64,000 bases of DNA from a virus. The stretch spans positions 2,391 to 66,390 of IMG/VR virus record IMGVR_UViG_3300037189_013517. The stretch is one strand, 5' to 3'. This document shows, in pieces, positions 18,543 to 29,717 of this stretch (positions within the stretch are counted from its first letter, which is position 1; every line of letters begins with the position of its first letter). The translations under genes and the position numbers were made by a program. The notes under the pieces were generated by a model. That model was not told the DNA's origin, searched no databases, and saw only the letters and a program-made list of their open reading frames with translations.

Positions 18543-20257
18543 TAAAATTTAAAACAATTCGTTGGAAAAATTTCTTATCAACTGGGGCAAAATTTACAGA
18601 AGTTAAATTTGATAGATCAACAACTACCCTTATCGTCGGTGAAAACGGTGCGGGCAAAAGTACTATTCTCGATGCTCTTTGCTTTGTCTTGTTTAATAAA
18701 CCATTTAGGAATATTAACAAGCCACAGCTTATGAATAGTATAAATGCAAAAGGTTTACAAGTTGAGGTTGAATTTAGCATCGGCCCAAAAGAATATAAGA
18801 TAGTTCGTGGCATTAAACCTGGACTATTTGAAATACATCTAAATGGTGAGCTATTAAATCAGGATGCTGCATCTAGGGATTATCAAAAGTATTTAGAAGA
18901 CAGCGTACTAAAATTAAACTATAAATCATTTACGCAAATTGTAATTTTAGGTAGTGCATCATTCACTCCTTTTATGCAATTACCGGTTGGTCATAGAAGA
19001 GAAATTATTGAGGATATTTTAGATATACAAATATTCACAGTAATGAATTCTGTACTAAAGGAAAAACAGAATGAAGTTAAAACTAAAATAATAGATATAG
19101 AATCGCAAATAGAGTTAGGTAAAAGTAAAGTAAAGCTTCAGCAAAGTTATATTAAGACCTTAGAAGAAGATAAACAAAAGAAAGTGGACGATGTTAAGAA
19201 TAGAATCAACGAAATCAATGAAGAGATTTCACAGCTTACTGGTCTCGTACAACAGGAATCGAGCGCGGCATCGACACTTGAGAAGTCTATCGAAGATGCG
19301 TCTACTAAACGTACAAAACGTAGCGAGATGGTACAACTCTCTAAAAAGCTATCACAAAAAATACAAGCGCAACAGGAGAGTATTCGGTTCTACTCTGAAC
19401 ACGATGTATGCCCGACATGCAGCCAAGGGCTCGATGATACGTTCAAGACAACTGCAGTACATACACACGAACACTCGATTGTCGAAATTGAAAATGCTAT
19501 TGAAATCCTGTCCGCCCAGCTCTCAGAGTTGGAAACCAACATTGACACTATTATTTCAATCGAAACTGCGATTGCAGAGCATAAAGAAAAGATTATAGAA
19601 CTTAATACTAGTATAATTGGCAATCAAAATTATATTAAGAAATTGCAAGAAGAGATACAAAATGAATCAAGTAATACTTCTAATTTAGAAGATGAAAAAA
19701 CTAATTTAAAGACATTAGCAAAAGAAGTTGTTGTACTTGCTGAAGAAAAAGGTAAGTTAACTGAGGATAAACATTATCATGAAATTGCAGGTATATTGTT
19801 AAGAGATACTGGTATTAAAACTAAGATCATTAAACAGTATCTTCCTGTAATTAATAAATTGGTTAATAAATATCTAACAGCAATGGATTTCTTTTGCCAT
19901 TTTGAGTTAGATGAAACCTTCAACGAAACAATCAAATCAAGACATAGAGACGATTTTTCATACGCGTCGTTTAGCGAGGGTGAGAAGCAGCGTATTGATC
20001 TTGCTCTGCTTTTTACTTGGCGTACTATTGCTAAAATGAAAAATTGTGCTAGCACAAATCTTTTATTATTAGATGAAGTTTTTGATTCTTCTTTAGATGC
20101 AAACGGTACAGATTACGTAATGAACCTGATAAATACTTTAGGAGATGAGACTAATGTATTTGTTATTAGTCATAAAGGCGATCTCTTATTTGATAAATTC
20201 CGAAGTGTGATCAAATTTGAGAAAATACAAAATTTTTCGAGAATACAAGGAAGTTAA
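18539..20257 (+). CDS. gp46: recombination ATPase subunit (Rad50/SbcC-like)
   Basis: GENGAGKS, CPTC zinc hook, FSEGEKQR, LLDEVFD. Confidence 0.96.
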   Translation: MIKFKTIRWKNFLSTGAKFTEVKFDRSTTTLIVGENGAGKSTILDALCFVLFNKPFRNINKPQLMNSINAKGLQVEVEFSIGPKEYKIVRGIKPGLFEIHLNGELLNQDAASRDYQKYLEDSVLKLNYKSFTQIVILGSASFTPFMQLPVGHRREIIEDILDIQIFTVMNSVLKEKQNEVKTKIIDIESQIELGKSKVKLQQSYIKTLEEDKQKKVDDVKNRINEINEEISQLTGLVQQESSAASTLEKSIEDASTKRTKRSEMVQLSKKLSQKIQAQQESIRFYSEHDVCPTCSQGLDDTFKTTAVHTHEHSIVEIENAIEILSAQLSELETNIDTIISIETAIAEHKEKIIELNTSIIGNQNYIKKLQEEIQNESSNTSNLEDEKTNLKTLAKEVVVLAEEKGKLTEDKHYHEIAGILLRDTGIKTKIIKQYLPVINKLVNKYLTAMDFFCHFELDETFNETIKSRHRDDFSYASFSEGEKQRIDLALLFTWRTIAKMKNCASTNLLLLDEVFDSSLDANGTDYVMNLINTLGDETNVFVISHKGDLLFDKFRSVIKFEKIQNFSRIQGS

Positions 20258-20258
20258 A

Positions 20259-20855
20259 ATGGCAGATGTGTGGATGTTAGATATGAATACCGTCAATGCG
20301 TTTTGTTGGTATAAAGATGTTTTTACTTCAGCAGAATTAAATTTAATGACTGAAATGTCTGATAAACTTTTTATACAGGATGCAAGAGTAGGCGGCAACG
20401 GTAATGATGAAGGTGAAGTAAAGGATGGTATTCGAAAAACCAAAATAGGATGGGTTGGAGTATCGGACCCTTCGAATCAATGGTTATATAGAAAATTAAC
20501 TGATATAACTAATAATGCAAATCAAGCTTGGTTTCAATTTGATCTAAGACATATCGAATCTCTACAATACACTATGTATGAACCAGATATGTATTATGAT
20601 AAACACATTGATACTATGTTTCAAAGTATTGGACTTTATCCTAGAAAATTAAGTTTCTCTTTACAACTTAGTGATCCTTCTGAATATGAAGGTGGGGATT
20701 TACTTATACATAATGGAATTGAACCTATTATTGCAAACAAAGAAAAAGGATCAATAACGTTCTTCCCATCATATTCATTACATGAAGTTACCCCCGTTAC
20801 CAAAGGTCTTCGTAAATGTTTGGTTGGTTGGGTTCACGGTCCTAAATGGAAATAA
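20259..20855 (+). CDS. 2OG-Fe(II) oxygenase (prolyl-hydroxylase-like)
   Basis: HID, RKLSFSLQL, YEGGDL, HEVTPVTKGLR. Confidence 0.9.
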   Translation: MADVWMLDMNTVNAFCWYKDVFTSAELNLMTEMSDKLFIQDARVGGNGNDEGEVKDGIRKTKIGWVGVSDPSNQWLYRKLTDITNNANQAWFQFDLRHIESLQYTMYEPDMYYDKHIDTMFQSIGLYPRKLSFSLQLSDPSEYEGGDLLIHNGIEPIIANKEKGSITFFPSYSLHEVTPVTKGLRKCLVGWVHGPKWK

Positions 20856-20856
20856 A

Positions 20857-21132
20857 ATGGCTACTAAAATACCTTTAGAATATTTAGATTTAAATAACGA
20901 TTTTGGTTTTACTGCAGTACATGAAACGGATTTAACCGAACCAATATTAACTGAAGTTAAAAGTTCCGCAGATACAGAAATAAAACAAAAGTTGCAAACT
21001 TTGGAAAAGTTAATTATGCCCCTTTTGGTTAATTTGATGAAGAATCCTGAAAAGGATTATATACATTGGCCTAACAGAGTCCCGTTAATCGAAAAACAAA
21101 TCGAACGGATTTTGGCAATCACAAGGGCTTGA
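20857..21132 (+). CDS. conserved T4-like hypothetical protein
   Basis: DFGFTAV...PLL.NL.KNPEKDYI.WPNR. Confidence 0.7.
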   Translation: MATKIPLEYLDLNNDFGFTAVHETDLTEPILTEVKSSADTEIKQKLQTLEKLIMPLLVNLMKNPEKDYIHWPNRVPLIEKQIERILAITRA

Positions 21133-21157
21133 CAGCTACTCCAAAAGGTGTTATAAT
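21129..21157 (+). promoter_or_regulatory. sigma70 consensus early promoter
   Basis: TTGACA-N17-TATAAT. Confidence 0.85.
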
Positions 21158-21181
21158 AAGAAAACACTGAAGGAGGAAAAG

Positions 21182-23371
21182 ATGCAACCCCAATCAATTC
21201 AATCTAAAGCAATAACTGCAAAATTGCTCGCAACTGAGAATATTTCGGTTGAGCACAAAAAAGTTTCCACCGCTTATTTTGATGTTAAAAATCGAGTTAT
21301 GGTTCTTCCAATTTGGAAAGACATGACTCCTGAACTATATGACTTACTACAATGTCATGAGATTGGTCATGCGTTGGAGACACCCGCAGATGGTTGGCAT
21401 AATAGCGTAACCGATGAATCCAAAAAAGGATTTAAGACATATTTAAATGTAGTTGAGGATGCTCGTATTGAGAAATTAGTTGTAAGACGTTATCCGGGTG
21501 TTAAGACATCCTTTAAAAAGGGTTATACAACTTTATACGAAAGAGACTTTTTTGGTATCCACAAAAATAATTGGGATATTAATGAGCTGCCTTTAATTGA
21601 CCGTATTAATGTCCATTATAAAATTGGTGCATTTTTGAATGTGCAATTTTCAGATAATGAGTTACACTTCTTAGCTAAAATTGATAGCTTAGAAACTTGG
21701 GATGATACAGTAAAAGTTGCACAAGAATTATATGAATATGGTAAGCAAGAAGCTAAGCTAAAAGATTTTCAAGATATAGATTATCAAGATGATTTAGAAT
21801 ATGGTGATGATGATTCGGAATGGGAAGAAGGTGAAGACAGCGACCTAAAAGAAAAATCTCAGAAAGGTCGCCAAACAACTTCAGGAATAGAAAATGATCC
21901 TGAATCAATGACGGATAAATTTTTCCGTAGTATGGAAAAGAATCTTGTAGATGATTCCGTTAAACCGTATATCTACGTAAATTGTCCTACACCAAATTTA
22001 AGTAAAATCATTATTCCTTATAAGAATGTTGCGAAGTTTTATAATGACTTTAAATATATCGATTATCAATTAACAGATGAGCAGTTAGCTTATAAAAAGT
22101 CTATCGCAATACCTAAAGCTAAAGAATATGTATATAAGAAATTCCAAGATAACAATAAAAAATATATTGGATACTTAGTAAAAGAATTTGAATTGCGTCG
22201 TAATGCTAAACAATTTGCCCGAGCATCAACTGCAAAGACAGGTAAATTGGATATGAAAAAAATATTCCAATATAAATTAAATGATGATCTATTCAAACGT
22301 ATGACAGTTGTACCGCACGGTAAATCGCACGGTTTAACTATGTATGTGGATTATTCTGGTTCTATGGGTGATAGCATAGGTGCTACAATTGAACAAACAA
22401 TTGTATTGGCATCGTTCTGCAGAAAAGTTAATATTCCGTTTCGAGTATATGCCTTTACTGATACTTCAATCGGATTCGATTTGCATCATAAAGAAACAGG
22501 TATTCAATACGAAAATGAATCCGAATATTATAAAGATCTTGATTCAAAAAATAAATTCTCTAGAAATCCAAATGAATTAGGTATGGATGGTATGTTTAGA
22601 TTGCGAGAATATCTTTCAAGCGAAATGACATCTACCGAATTTAAAGAAGCTGTGAAATATTGGTTGTTGGTAGGCGCGCTATATCAAAAGAGAGGGTTGC
22701 GTAGATCTGATCTTTCAGATAATATTGCATACGAATTAAACTTGTCTCAGTTTGAGAATTTGAATGGTACACCATTAAATGAAGCAGTAATTTCGGCAAT
22801 CGAAATTACTAAAGAATTTAAAGAAAAGTATAGATTAGATGTCGTGAATACTGTATTTTTAACAGACGGCGAATCTAATGAGAGAGGCACAATCTACGGA
22901 GAAACGGGTCATGATAAATATTACGATAAGTATAACAATGATTGTAATGTCATTGTTAGGCATACTAAGACTATGGCTGAGGGCAAAAAAGTACCTGGGG
23001 CAGCATTAACTACAGCGTTACTTGAATTATTAAAAAGTGTAGCTAATACAAATGCGATTGGATTTTTTATCTCTCCATATTATAGTCGAGGTAGTGTGAT
23101 GCATCAAATTCGTAAATCTGGTAAACTTGTTGAGGATTTTGATAACAAATTTAAACAAGCCAAACGGGATAAATTCTTCATGCTAAATGATTGTGGATAT
23201 GATGATTATTATATTATCCCAGGTGGCAAATCTTTAGAAATTGAAGAAGATAAAATGGACGTAGAAGCAGGTGCCAAAAAATCAGATTTAAAGAACGCAT
23301 TTATGAAAATGCAAACAAATAAAACAGTAAATCGGGTACTTTTGAATAGGTTTATTAGTAAAATTGCTTGA
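21182..23371 (+). CDS. metallopeptidase-motif + VWA domain protein (CobT-like MoxR partner)
   Basis: HEIGHAL, NVVEDARIE, MIDAS DYSGSM, GTPL, FLTDGE. Confidence 0.8.
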   Translation: MQPQSIQSKAITAKLLATENISVEHKKVSTAYFDVKNRVMVLPIWKDMTPELYDLLQCHEIGHALETPADGWHNSVTDESKKGFKTYLNVVEDARIEKLVVRRYPGVKTSFKKGYTTLYERDFFGIHKNNWDINELPLIDRINVHYKIGAFLNVQFSDNELHFLAKIDSLETWDDTVKVAQELYEYGKQEAKLKDFQDIDYQDDLEYGDDDSEWEEGEDSDLKEKSQKGRQTTSGIENDPESMTDKFFRSMEKNLVDDSVKPYIYVNCPTPNLSKIIIPYKNVAKFYNDFKYIDYQLTDEQLAYKKSIAIPKAKEYVYKKFQDNNKKYIGYLVKEFELRRNAKQFARASTAKTGKLDMKKIFQYKLNDDLFKRMTVVPHGKSHGLTMYVDYSGSMGDSIGATIEQTIVLASFCRKVNIPFRVYAFTDTSIGFDLHHKETGIQYENESEYYKDLDSKNKFSRNPNELGMDGMFRLREYLSSEMTSTEFKEAVKYWLLVGALYQKRGLRRSDLSDNIAYELNLSQFENLNGTPLNEAVISAIEITKEFKEKYRLDVVNTVFLTDGESNERGTIYGETGHDKYYDKYNNDCNVIVRHTKTMAEGKKVPGAALTTALLELLKSVANTNAIGFFISPYYSRGSVMHQIRKSGKLVEDFDNKFKQAKRDKFFMLNDCGYDDYYIIPGGKSLEIEEDKMDVEAGAKKSDLKNAFMKMQTNKTVNRVLLNRFISKIA

Positions 23372-23396
23372 CAATCGTTTGATTCGGTGTTATAAT
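23368..23396 (+). promoter_or_regulatory. sigma70 consensus early promoter
   Basis: TTGACA-N17-TATAAT. Confidence 0.85.
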
Positions 23397-23430
23397 AATG
23401 ATGTAGTGATTAACTCTGAGGAATTATATT

Positions 23431-24621
23431 ATGTCTAAATCGCATTATAGTGAGCAGCAACGCACAGAATTGATTTCTAAGCTTACAGAAAAGTTTGGAA
23501 CAAAAGTTAGTAAGGCAACTATTTTAGAATATTGTGAAATTTTTAATCTTCCAAATCCGCATTTTTTGATCTCTAGAAAAGATATCAAAGAAGGTTCTTT
23601 TTATAATTTGAAATTATTTTCAAACTTAAACAATGTTAGTGAAACTAATAAAGAAGAACTGCAACCTGCAATGACAGCACAAGTGTTATCTATTAAACCT
23701 AAACGGATGACTACTGAAATGGACAATTCGGTTCCGGTAAAAGATAATACTTATGTTCCGTTCGGATTCTTCAAGCAGTTAGAACAAATTTTAAAGTCAA
23801 AGACTTTTTATCCCGTATTCATTACTGGTCTATCAGGTAACGGTAAGACTACTATGGTAGAACAAGTTGCTGCTAAGCTTAATCGGGAATTAATTCGTGT
23901 TAATATTAGCATCGAAACAGATGAAGAAGATCTAATTGGTGGTAATACTTTGTTGGACGGTAATGTCGTTTACCGTGAAGGTCCTGTTATTATGGCAATG
24001 CGTCGTGGTGCTATTTTGTTGATTGACGAAATTGATCGTGGTTCAAATAAGCTAATGTGTATGCAAAGTATTCTTGAGGGCAAACCATTGTTCAACAAGA
24101 AAACTGGCGAAATGATTTATCCGACTCAGGGTTTCACAGTTGTAGCAACAGCAAATACTAAAGGTCGCGGCACAGATGATGGTCGTTTTATCGCGGCGCA
24201 GATTTTAGATGAAGCATTCCTTGAGCGTTTTCCTATTACTGTAGAACAAGAGTATCCGTCAACTACAGTTGAAAAAAAGATTCTACACAATAAAATGAAA
24301 TTCTTCGGTAAAGAAGACGAAGAATTTGCGGATAAGCTTATTAATTGGGCAGACATTATCCGTAAGACATTTATGGAGGGCGGTGTAGACGAGATTATTA
24401 GTACTCGTCGACTTGTGAATATCGCACAAGCATATTCAATATTTAATAATCAGAATGATGCTATTCGTTATTGTATAAATAGATTTGATGAAGACACAAA
24501 AACTTCATTCATGGCGTTATATGAGAAACTAAGTAGACCTTTGCCAGAACCAGATGCGGCATATATTGATTCAGCAATTGGACAAACAACACAAAATCCA
24601 CCAAATGATGTTCCTTTTTAA
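23431..24621 (+). CDS. MoxR/CobS-like AAA+ ATPase
   Basis: GLSGNGKT, LLIDEID, ATANTKG, AFLERF, ISTRRL. Confidence 0.9.
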   Translation: MSKSHYSEQQRTELISKLTEKFGTKVSKATILEYCEIFNLPNPHFLISRKDIKEGSFYNLKLFSNLNNVSETNKEELQPAMTAQVLSIKPKRMTTEMDNSVPVKDNTYVPFGFFKQLEQILKSKTFYPVFITGLSGNGKTTMVEQVAAKLNRELIRVNISIETDEEDLIGGNTLLDGNVVYREGPVIMAMRRGAILLIDEIDRGSNKLMCMQSILEGKPLFNKKTGEMIYPTQGFTVVATANTKGRGTDDGRFIAAQILDEAFLERFPITVEQEYPSTTVEKKILHNKMKFFGKEDEEFADKLINWADIIRKTFMEGGVDEIISTRRLVNIAQAYSIFNNQNDAIRYCINRFDEDTKTSFMALYEKLSRPLPEPDAAYIDSAIGQTTQNPPNDVPF

Positions 24622-24637
24622 TTATTTTTAAATTGAA

Positions 24638-24659
24638 ATAGCGCACTTCGGTGCGCTAT
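24638..24659 (+). terminator. cUUCGg hairpin (terminator or stabiliser)
   Basis: ATAGCGCAC-TTCG-GTGCGCTAT. Confidence 0.7.
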
Positions 24660-24669
24660 ACCTACGTAT

Positions 24670-25518
24670 ATGCATACAAATGAAATAGTACATGATACAT
24701 TTTTGCCTAGATGGTATGGAAGATTAGGCAATAATATTCAGCAAATATCTAATGGGATTTATTTTTGCCGACAAAATAAAATCCATTTTACATCGCCAGA
24801 TCAACCTATGATTAAGGCGATTGATTTAAATTTCGGGGACACCCAATATAAAATACGAGACAATAGTGATAATTGGTTTTATCACTTTGATAAACCTTGG
24901 ACAGATTTTGAAGTAGATGTTGCAGACTTAAATCTTCAGCGAAAAAGTATTTGTGAAGAATATATTTTACCTAAGTTAAAAGTAAATCATACACCTAATA
25001 CTATTGATAATACAACCGATCCATTACCCGATGATGTGCTAGTAATGCATATTAGGAGCGGAGATTTATATACACTTTGGCCAGGGTCGCATACACAAAA
25101 TCCTTTAAAGTATTACATTGAATTATATAACATGCATCAGGGTAAGGTTATTATCGTAGCAGAAGATGATAATAATCCTATTGTAAAAGAATTTGAAAAG
25201 CTAAATGCAACGATTTATATATGGGGTATTCGTGATGCATATGAAATGCTTTTGCGTGCTAGCAATTTAGCATCATCTGGTTCAGGTTCTTTTGTTATGG
25301 GCGCAGCATTATGTTCTAAAAATCTTAAAAGATTTTATTGTACAAATCTTTGGTTACCGAATAGCATCAATCCTACAATGCTAAAAGATCACCTCGAGGT
25401 AAATTGCGCGGATATCGACCTTAATAAATATATTAAAGTTGGTGAATGGAATCACTCCCGTGACACCATTGATAAAATATTAAATTATAACGAAACTATA
25501 TCATTTAGGAGACTATAG
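24670..25518 (+). CDS. GT11-like (alpha-1,2-fucosyltransferase-like) protein
   Basis: [20 protein letters not shown] motifs. Confidence 0.65.
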   Translation: MHTNEIVHDTFLPRWYGRLGNNIQQISNGIYFCRQNKIHFTSPDQPMIKAIDLNFGDTQYKIRDNSDNWFYHFDKPWTDFEVDVADLNLQRKSICEEYILPKLKVNHTPNTIDNTTDPLPDDVLVMHIRSGDLYTLWPGSHTQNPLKYYIELYNMHQGKVIIVAEDDNNPIVKEFEKLNATIYIWGIRDAYEMLLRASNLASSGSGSFVMGAALCSKNLKRFYCTNLWLPNSINPTMLKDHLEVNCADIDLNKYIKVGEWNHSRDTIDKILNYNETISFRRL

Positions 25519-25519
25519 T

Positions 25520-26533
25520 ATGGATAAAAAAGTTGCCTTAATCACAGGCATAACTGGGCAAGACGGTTCTTATCTTGCAGAATTACTCTTAGAAAAAGGT
25601 TACGAAGTTCACGGTATTATTCGTCGTAGTTCGTCTCGCAATACTGGTCGTATAGATCACATCTACGAAAATCTAAACCTACATTTACATTACGGTGATA
25701 TTACTGATTCATTGACGTTGATGAATGTTCTTAAGAAACACAATCCTTCAGAGATTTATAATTTGGCTGCACAAAGTCATGTTAAAGTTTCTTTTGATAC
25801 GCCTGAATATACTGCGCATGTGGATGCTCTTGGAACATTAAAGTTACTTGAATCAGTTCGTCTTTTGAATATGGAAAAGACAACTAAAATATATCAAGCA
25901 TCAACATCTGAACTATATGGTTTAGTGCAAGAAACTCCTCAGAAAGAAACTACTCCATTCTATCCTCGTTCGCCGTATGGCGTTGCTAAGTTATATGCTT
26001 ATTGGATTGTAAAGAACTATCGTGAGTCATATAATATGTTTGCTTGTTCAGGTATCCTTTTTAATCATGAATCTCCGAGACGTGGATTTAATTTTGTTAC
26101 TAAAAAGATTGTTAATGGTTTAGAAGCAGTTAGCTCTGGTCGTGAAAAGTGTTTGACTTTAGGCAATTTAACAGCATTGCGAGATTGGGGTCATGCTAAA
26201 GATTATGTTGAAGCAATGTGGTTAATGTTGCAACAGGATAAGCCAGAAGATTTTGTTATTGCTACAGGCGAGCAATACACAGTTAAACAGTTTGTTGAAC
26301 TTTGTGCTCCATATTTTGCTTTAAAGATTCGTTGGGAAGGTGAAGGTTTAGATGAGGTTGGTATTGATGAATATACTAATCGAGTAATTGTTAAAGTTGA
26401 TCCTAAATATTTCCGTCCTGCGGAAGTACAAACATTATTAGGTGATTCCACAAAAGCTAGAAGTGTACTTGGTTGGAAACCTAAGCATTCGATATATGAG
26501 TTGGTTGAAGATATGTGTATGAATTTTGAGTGA
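25520..26533 (+). CDS. gmd: GDP-mannose 4,6-dehydratase
   Basis: [39 protein letters not shown]. Confidence 0.97.
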   Translation: MDKKVALITGITGQDGSYLAELLLEKGYEVHGIIRRSSSRNTGRIDHIYENLNLHLHYGDITDSLTLMNVLKKHNPSEIYNLAAQSHVKVSFDTPEYTAHVDALGTLKLLESVRLLNMEKTTKIYQASTSELYGLVQETPQKETTPFYPRSPYGVAKLYAYWIVKNYRESYNMFACSGILFNHESPRRGFNFVTKKIVNGLEAVSSGREKCLTLGNLTALRDWGHAKDYVEAMWLMLQQDKPEDFVIATGEQYTVKQFVELCAPYFALKIRWEGEGLDEVGIDEYTNRVIVKVDPKYFRPAEVQTLLGDSTKARSVLGWKPKHSIYELVEDMCMNFE

Positions 26534-27176
26534 TATGAATATGTTCCCACCATCATATCAAGATGTAAATAAAATAGTTACGGAAAAATACTTAAATTAT
26601 GATTCCGGATTTTTCATTGAAGTCGGCGGTGCTGACGGATACACACAAAGTAATACCTGGTATCTTGAAAAATATAAAAATTGGAAAGGGGTTTTAGTTG
26701 AACCTAATCCAGATTCTGCAGAGCAGTGTCGAAATAATAGACCAAATTCTACAGTATTTAATTATGCATTAGTTGATCGAGATTATGAAGATTCAGAAAT
26801 AAAAATGCTACGTAGAGTAGTGTATCAGGGCGACCCTGGTCTTATGACTGCTGCGAAGGACTCGCCTTTAAGAAATAATTCTGAATGGATGCAACCTGCA
26901 ACAAGTATGGATACAACTGAAGAATTCACAATAAGTACAGCTACATTGGATGAAATATTAGAATCTTTAGATGTTACTAACGTTGATTTCTTTTCTTTAG
27001 ATGTTGAAGGTTACGAAGTACAAGTATTAAAAGGATTAACTTTGGAAAAATATTTGCCAAAGGTTATGCTAATAGAATGGCATGATGATATACAAACTAT
27101 TTTAGATGTTGTATCTAATACTCACAAGATGACGGAACAACTATCTAAACATGATTATGTCTTTACTTTAAGATAG
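26526..27176 (+). CDS. FkbM-family methyltransferase
   Basis: [21 protein letters not shown]. Confidence 0.85.
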   Translation: MSDMNMFPPSYQDVNKIVTEKYLNYDSGFFIEVGGADGYTQSNTWYLEKYKNWKGVLVEPNPDSAEQCRNNRPNSTVFNYALVDRDYEDSEIKMLRRVVYQGDPGLMTAAKDSPLRNNSEWMQPATSMDTTEEFTISTATLDEILESLDVTNVDFFSLDVEGYEVQVLKGLTLEKYLPKVMLIEWHDDIQTILDVVSNTHKMTEQLSKHDYVFTLR

Positions 27177-27185
27177 GATAGTAAA

Positions 27186-28142
27186 ATGGAGATGCAAAAG
27201 AACAGTAAAATTTTTGTAGCTGGCCATAAAGGATTGGTTGGGTCTGCAATAGTAAGAAAATTAAAGAGTGAGGGATTTACTAATTTAATTTTACGAGATC
27301 ACTCAGAATTAGATCTTCGTAGTCAAGATGCGGTTAGAGATTTCTTTAATATTTTTAGTCCAGAATTTGTTTTTCTAGCTGCAGCCAAGGTTGGGGGTAT
27401 TGCATATAATGCCAGAGAACCTGCAGATTTTATATATGATAACTTAATGATACAATCAAATGTTATTGATACTGCATATAGAAGCGGTGTTAAGAAATTA
27501 TTGTTCTTAGGTTCTGCTTGCATTTATCCGAAAGTAACTCCGCAACCAATTAAAGAAGAATATTTATTGACTGCACCGTTAGAGCCAACCAATGAAGGCT
27601 ACGCTTTAGCTAAAATTGCTGGTCTAAGAATGTGTGAATACTATAGAAAACAGTATGGCTTTAACGCTATTAGTTTGATGCCTGCGAATTTATATGGTCC
27701 CAATGATAATTTTAATCCTGAAAAATGTCATGTTATTCCGGGCATGATTACAAAATTTCAGAATGCTAAATTAAATGGACATGATGTTACATTCTGGGGA
27801 GACGGTACCCCTACTCGAGAATTTTTACATTCAGATGATTTAGCAGATGCTTGTTTATTTTTGATGCAAAATTATAATGAACCAGAATTTATTAATGTTG
27901 GCTCAGATGTAGAAATTCAAATTAAAGATCTCTGTGAAATCATTAAAGATAAAATTGGTTTTGAGGGACAAATATTCTGGGACACAACTTTGCCAAATGG
28001 TACACCTAGACGTAAAATGGATAATACTAAATTATTTAATTTAGGATGGAGACCTAAAATTTCTTTTGAGGAAGGTTTGGCAAATACAATTAATTGGTAC
28101 CATGCGGAAAATGATCGCAAAAAATTGATGGAGACCCTATAA
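27186..28142 (+). CDS. fcl: GDP-fucose/GDP-colitose synthase (epimerase-reductase)
   Basis: GHKGLVGS, AAKVGGI, LGSACIYP, YALAK, NLYGPND. Confidence 0.93.
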   Translation: MEMQKNSKIFVAGHKGLVGSAIVRKLKSEGFTNLILRDHSELDLRSQDAVRDFFNIFSPEFVFLAAAKVGGIAYNAREPADFIYDNLMIQSNVIDTAYRSGVKKLLFLGSACIYPKVTPQPIKEEYLLTAPLEPTNEGYALAKIAGLRMCEYYRKQYGFNAISLMPANLYGPNDNFNPEKCHVIPGMITKFQNAKLNGHDVTFWGDGTPTREFLHSDDLADACLFLMQNYNEPEFINVGSDVEIQIKDLCEIIKDKIGFEGQIFWDTTLPNGTPRRKMDNTKLFNLGWRPKISFEEGLANTINWYHAENDRKKLMETL

Positions 28143-29308
28143 TGAGATGGCCTTTGATGGGTGAAACTATCACCTATGCGGATAGATTAAAGATGGCATA
28201 TTTTGCTCTAACCGCAGATAAATTTACCAATGGCGAGAAGGTAAAAGAGTTTGAGAGAGAATGGAGTATGTGGTTAGGAGCCAAACATTCTTTATATGTT
28301 TCCTCTGGAAGCACAGCAAACTTTTTACTTGTTGCTGCAATAAAAGAATTATATGGTCTTAAGAATGGTGACAAAGTATTATTACCTGCATGCACATGGA
28401 TGACAAATGTTGCTCCTATTATACAGTTAGGACTTGAACCTGTTTTCTGTGATGTTAATTTACAGAACTTTTCTTTTGATTTAAATGATGCAAGATTAAT
28501 ATCTAAGGATCATGATATTAAATTAATCTTCATTACACATCTATTAGGATTTTCTGCAGATAATGAACAGCTACAAAAGATATTTCCACATGCTATAATT
28601 ATAGATGACGTTTGCGAATCGCATGGTTGCAGTGCACCTAACGGAGTTAAACGTGGAGCAAATAGTTTAGGTGCCACATTTAGTTTCTATTTTGGACATC
28701 ATATGTCTACAATTGAAGGTGGTATGGTTTCTACAGATAACGATGATCTTTACGATCTAATGAAAATGAAGCGCTCTCATGGCTTCGCAAGAGAATCTAC
28801 AAGATTTTTAGAATATTCTACAGCGTATCCTGAAATAGATAAACAGTTTTTATTTATGACCGATGGATATAATTTTAGAAATCACGAAATCTGCGCAGTA
28901 TTAGGTTCATCGCAATTAAAACGTTTGGACAAAATGATTCAGATTCGTAATAGAAATCATGAAATGTTCATACATACAATAGACAAATATCCTAAGTTGT
29001 TTTATAATATTAGAAATTCCTGGAACAATAGTAGTTTCTGTTTACCTTTTATTTGCAGATCCAGGGATATTATGCGAGCAATGAAACTTGCATTTAATAA
29101 AAATGGTATTGAATATAGACCAGTTGTTGCAGGTAATCTATTAGCTCAACCATTTTTATCTAAGTATAAAATTGAGACAAAAAAAGAAGTAATAAACGCA
29201 GATATAATTCAGAAACAAGGTGTGTATATTGGAAACAATCATTTTGTAACTGAATCAGATATGCTTTTCTTAGCCAAGGTAGTGGAGGAAGTTGCAAATG
29301 GTTTATAA
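28142..29308 (+). CDS. PLP-dependent DegT-family enzyme, ColD-type 3-dehydratase
   Basis: SSGSTAN, DVCESHG, FSFYFGHHMSTIEGG with His in place of the catalytic Lys. Confidence 0.8.
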   Translation: MRWPLMGETITYADRLKMAYFALTADKFTNGEKVKEFEREWSMWLGAKHSLYVSSGSTANFLLVAAIKELYGLKNGDKVLLPACTWMTNVAPIIQLGLEPVFCDVNLQNFSFDLNDARLISKDHDIKLIFITHLLGFSADNEQLQKIFPHAIIIDDVCESHGCSAPNGVKRGANSLGATFSFYFGHHMSTIEGGMVSTDNDDLYDLMKMKRSHGFARESTRFLEYSTAYPEIDKQFLFMTDGYNFRNHEICAVLGSSQLKRLDKMIQIRNRNHEMFIHTIDKYPKLFYNIRNSWNNSSFCLPFICRSRDIMRAMKLAFNKNGIEYRPVVAGNLLAQPFLSKYKIETKKEVINADIIQKQGVYIGNNHFVTESDMLFLAKVVEEVANGL

Positions 29309-29312
29309 TAAA

Positions 29313-29717
29313 ATGTATATAGATGGGGATACTCAAAATGAGCTTACTCCTGCAGCATTAAACGAAGTCCCGTCATTAGGCGAGCTAGTAGAACAAGTTA
29401 TTCAAGATACAGTTCATCGAGTATTGTATCAAGATCAAATACCCGATTCAGAATATATTGCTACAGATAATCTAGGTGAAATTATTGAGAAGTTAGCAAT
29501 TATTCATATTCGTATGTGGATGTTAGAAGATGCAATGCAAGTGGCAAAAACAGATGAAGAACTCGCAGATTTAAAACGCAAAGTAGATATATGCTTTAAG
29601 GTTAAAAGACCTAAGTACGTTCAAGCAATTAATTTGCTAGTAGATGAGGCCATTAGAACAAAAAAATCCTTACGTGAGGATTCTGTAAAATTATATAAAG
29701 GTGTAGAAAATGGCTAA
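29313..29717 (+). CDS. small helical hypothetical protein (DUF4254-like)
   Basis: NLGEIIEKLAIIHIRMW pattern; start uncertain. Confidence 0.5.
   Translation: MYIDGDTQNELTPAALNEVPSLGELVEQVIQDTVHRVLYQDQIPDSEYIATDNLGEIIEKLAIIHIRMWMLEDAMQVAKTDEELADLKRKVDICFKVKRPKYVQAINLLVDEAIRTKKSLREDSVKLYKGVENG

Noticed and set aside
19191-19598. 135-aa alternate-frame ORF and locally higher GC within gp46
   Set aside because: It lies in the coiled-coil/zinc-hook region of an intact gp46, has no SD or recognisable motif, and shows no intein or intron signs
23431-24621. cobS as a cobalamin auxiliary metabolic gene
   Set aside because: Generic MoxR-type AAA with a VWA partner; no other cob genes present
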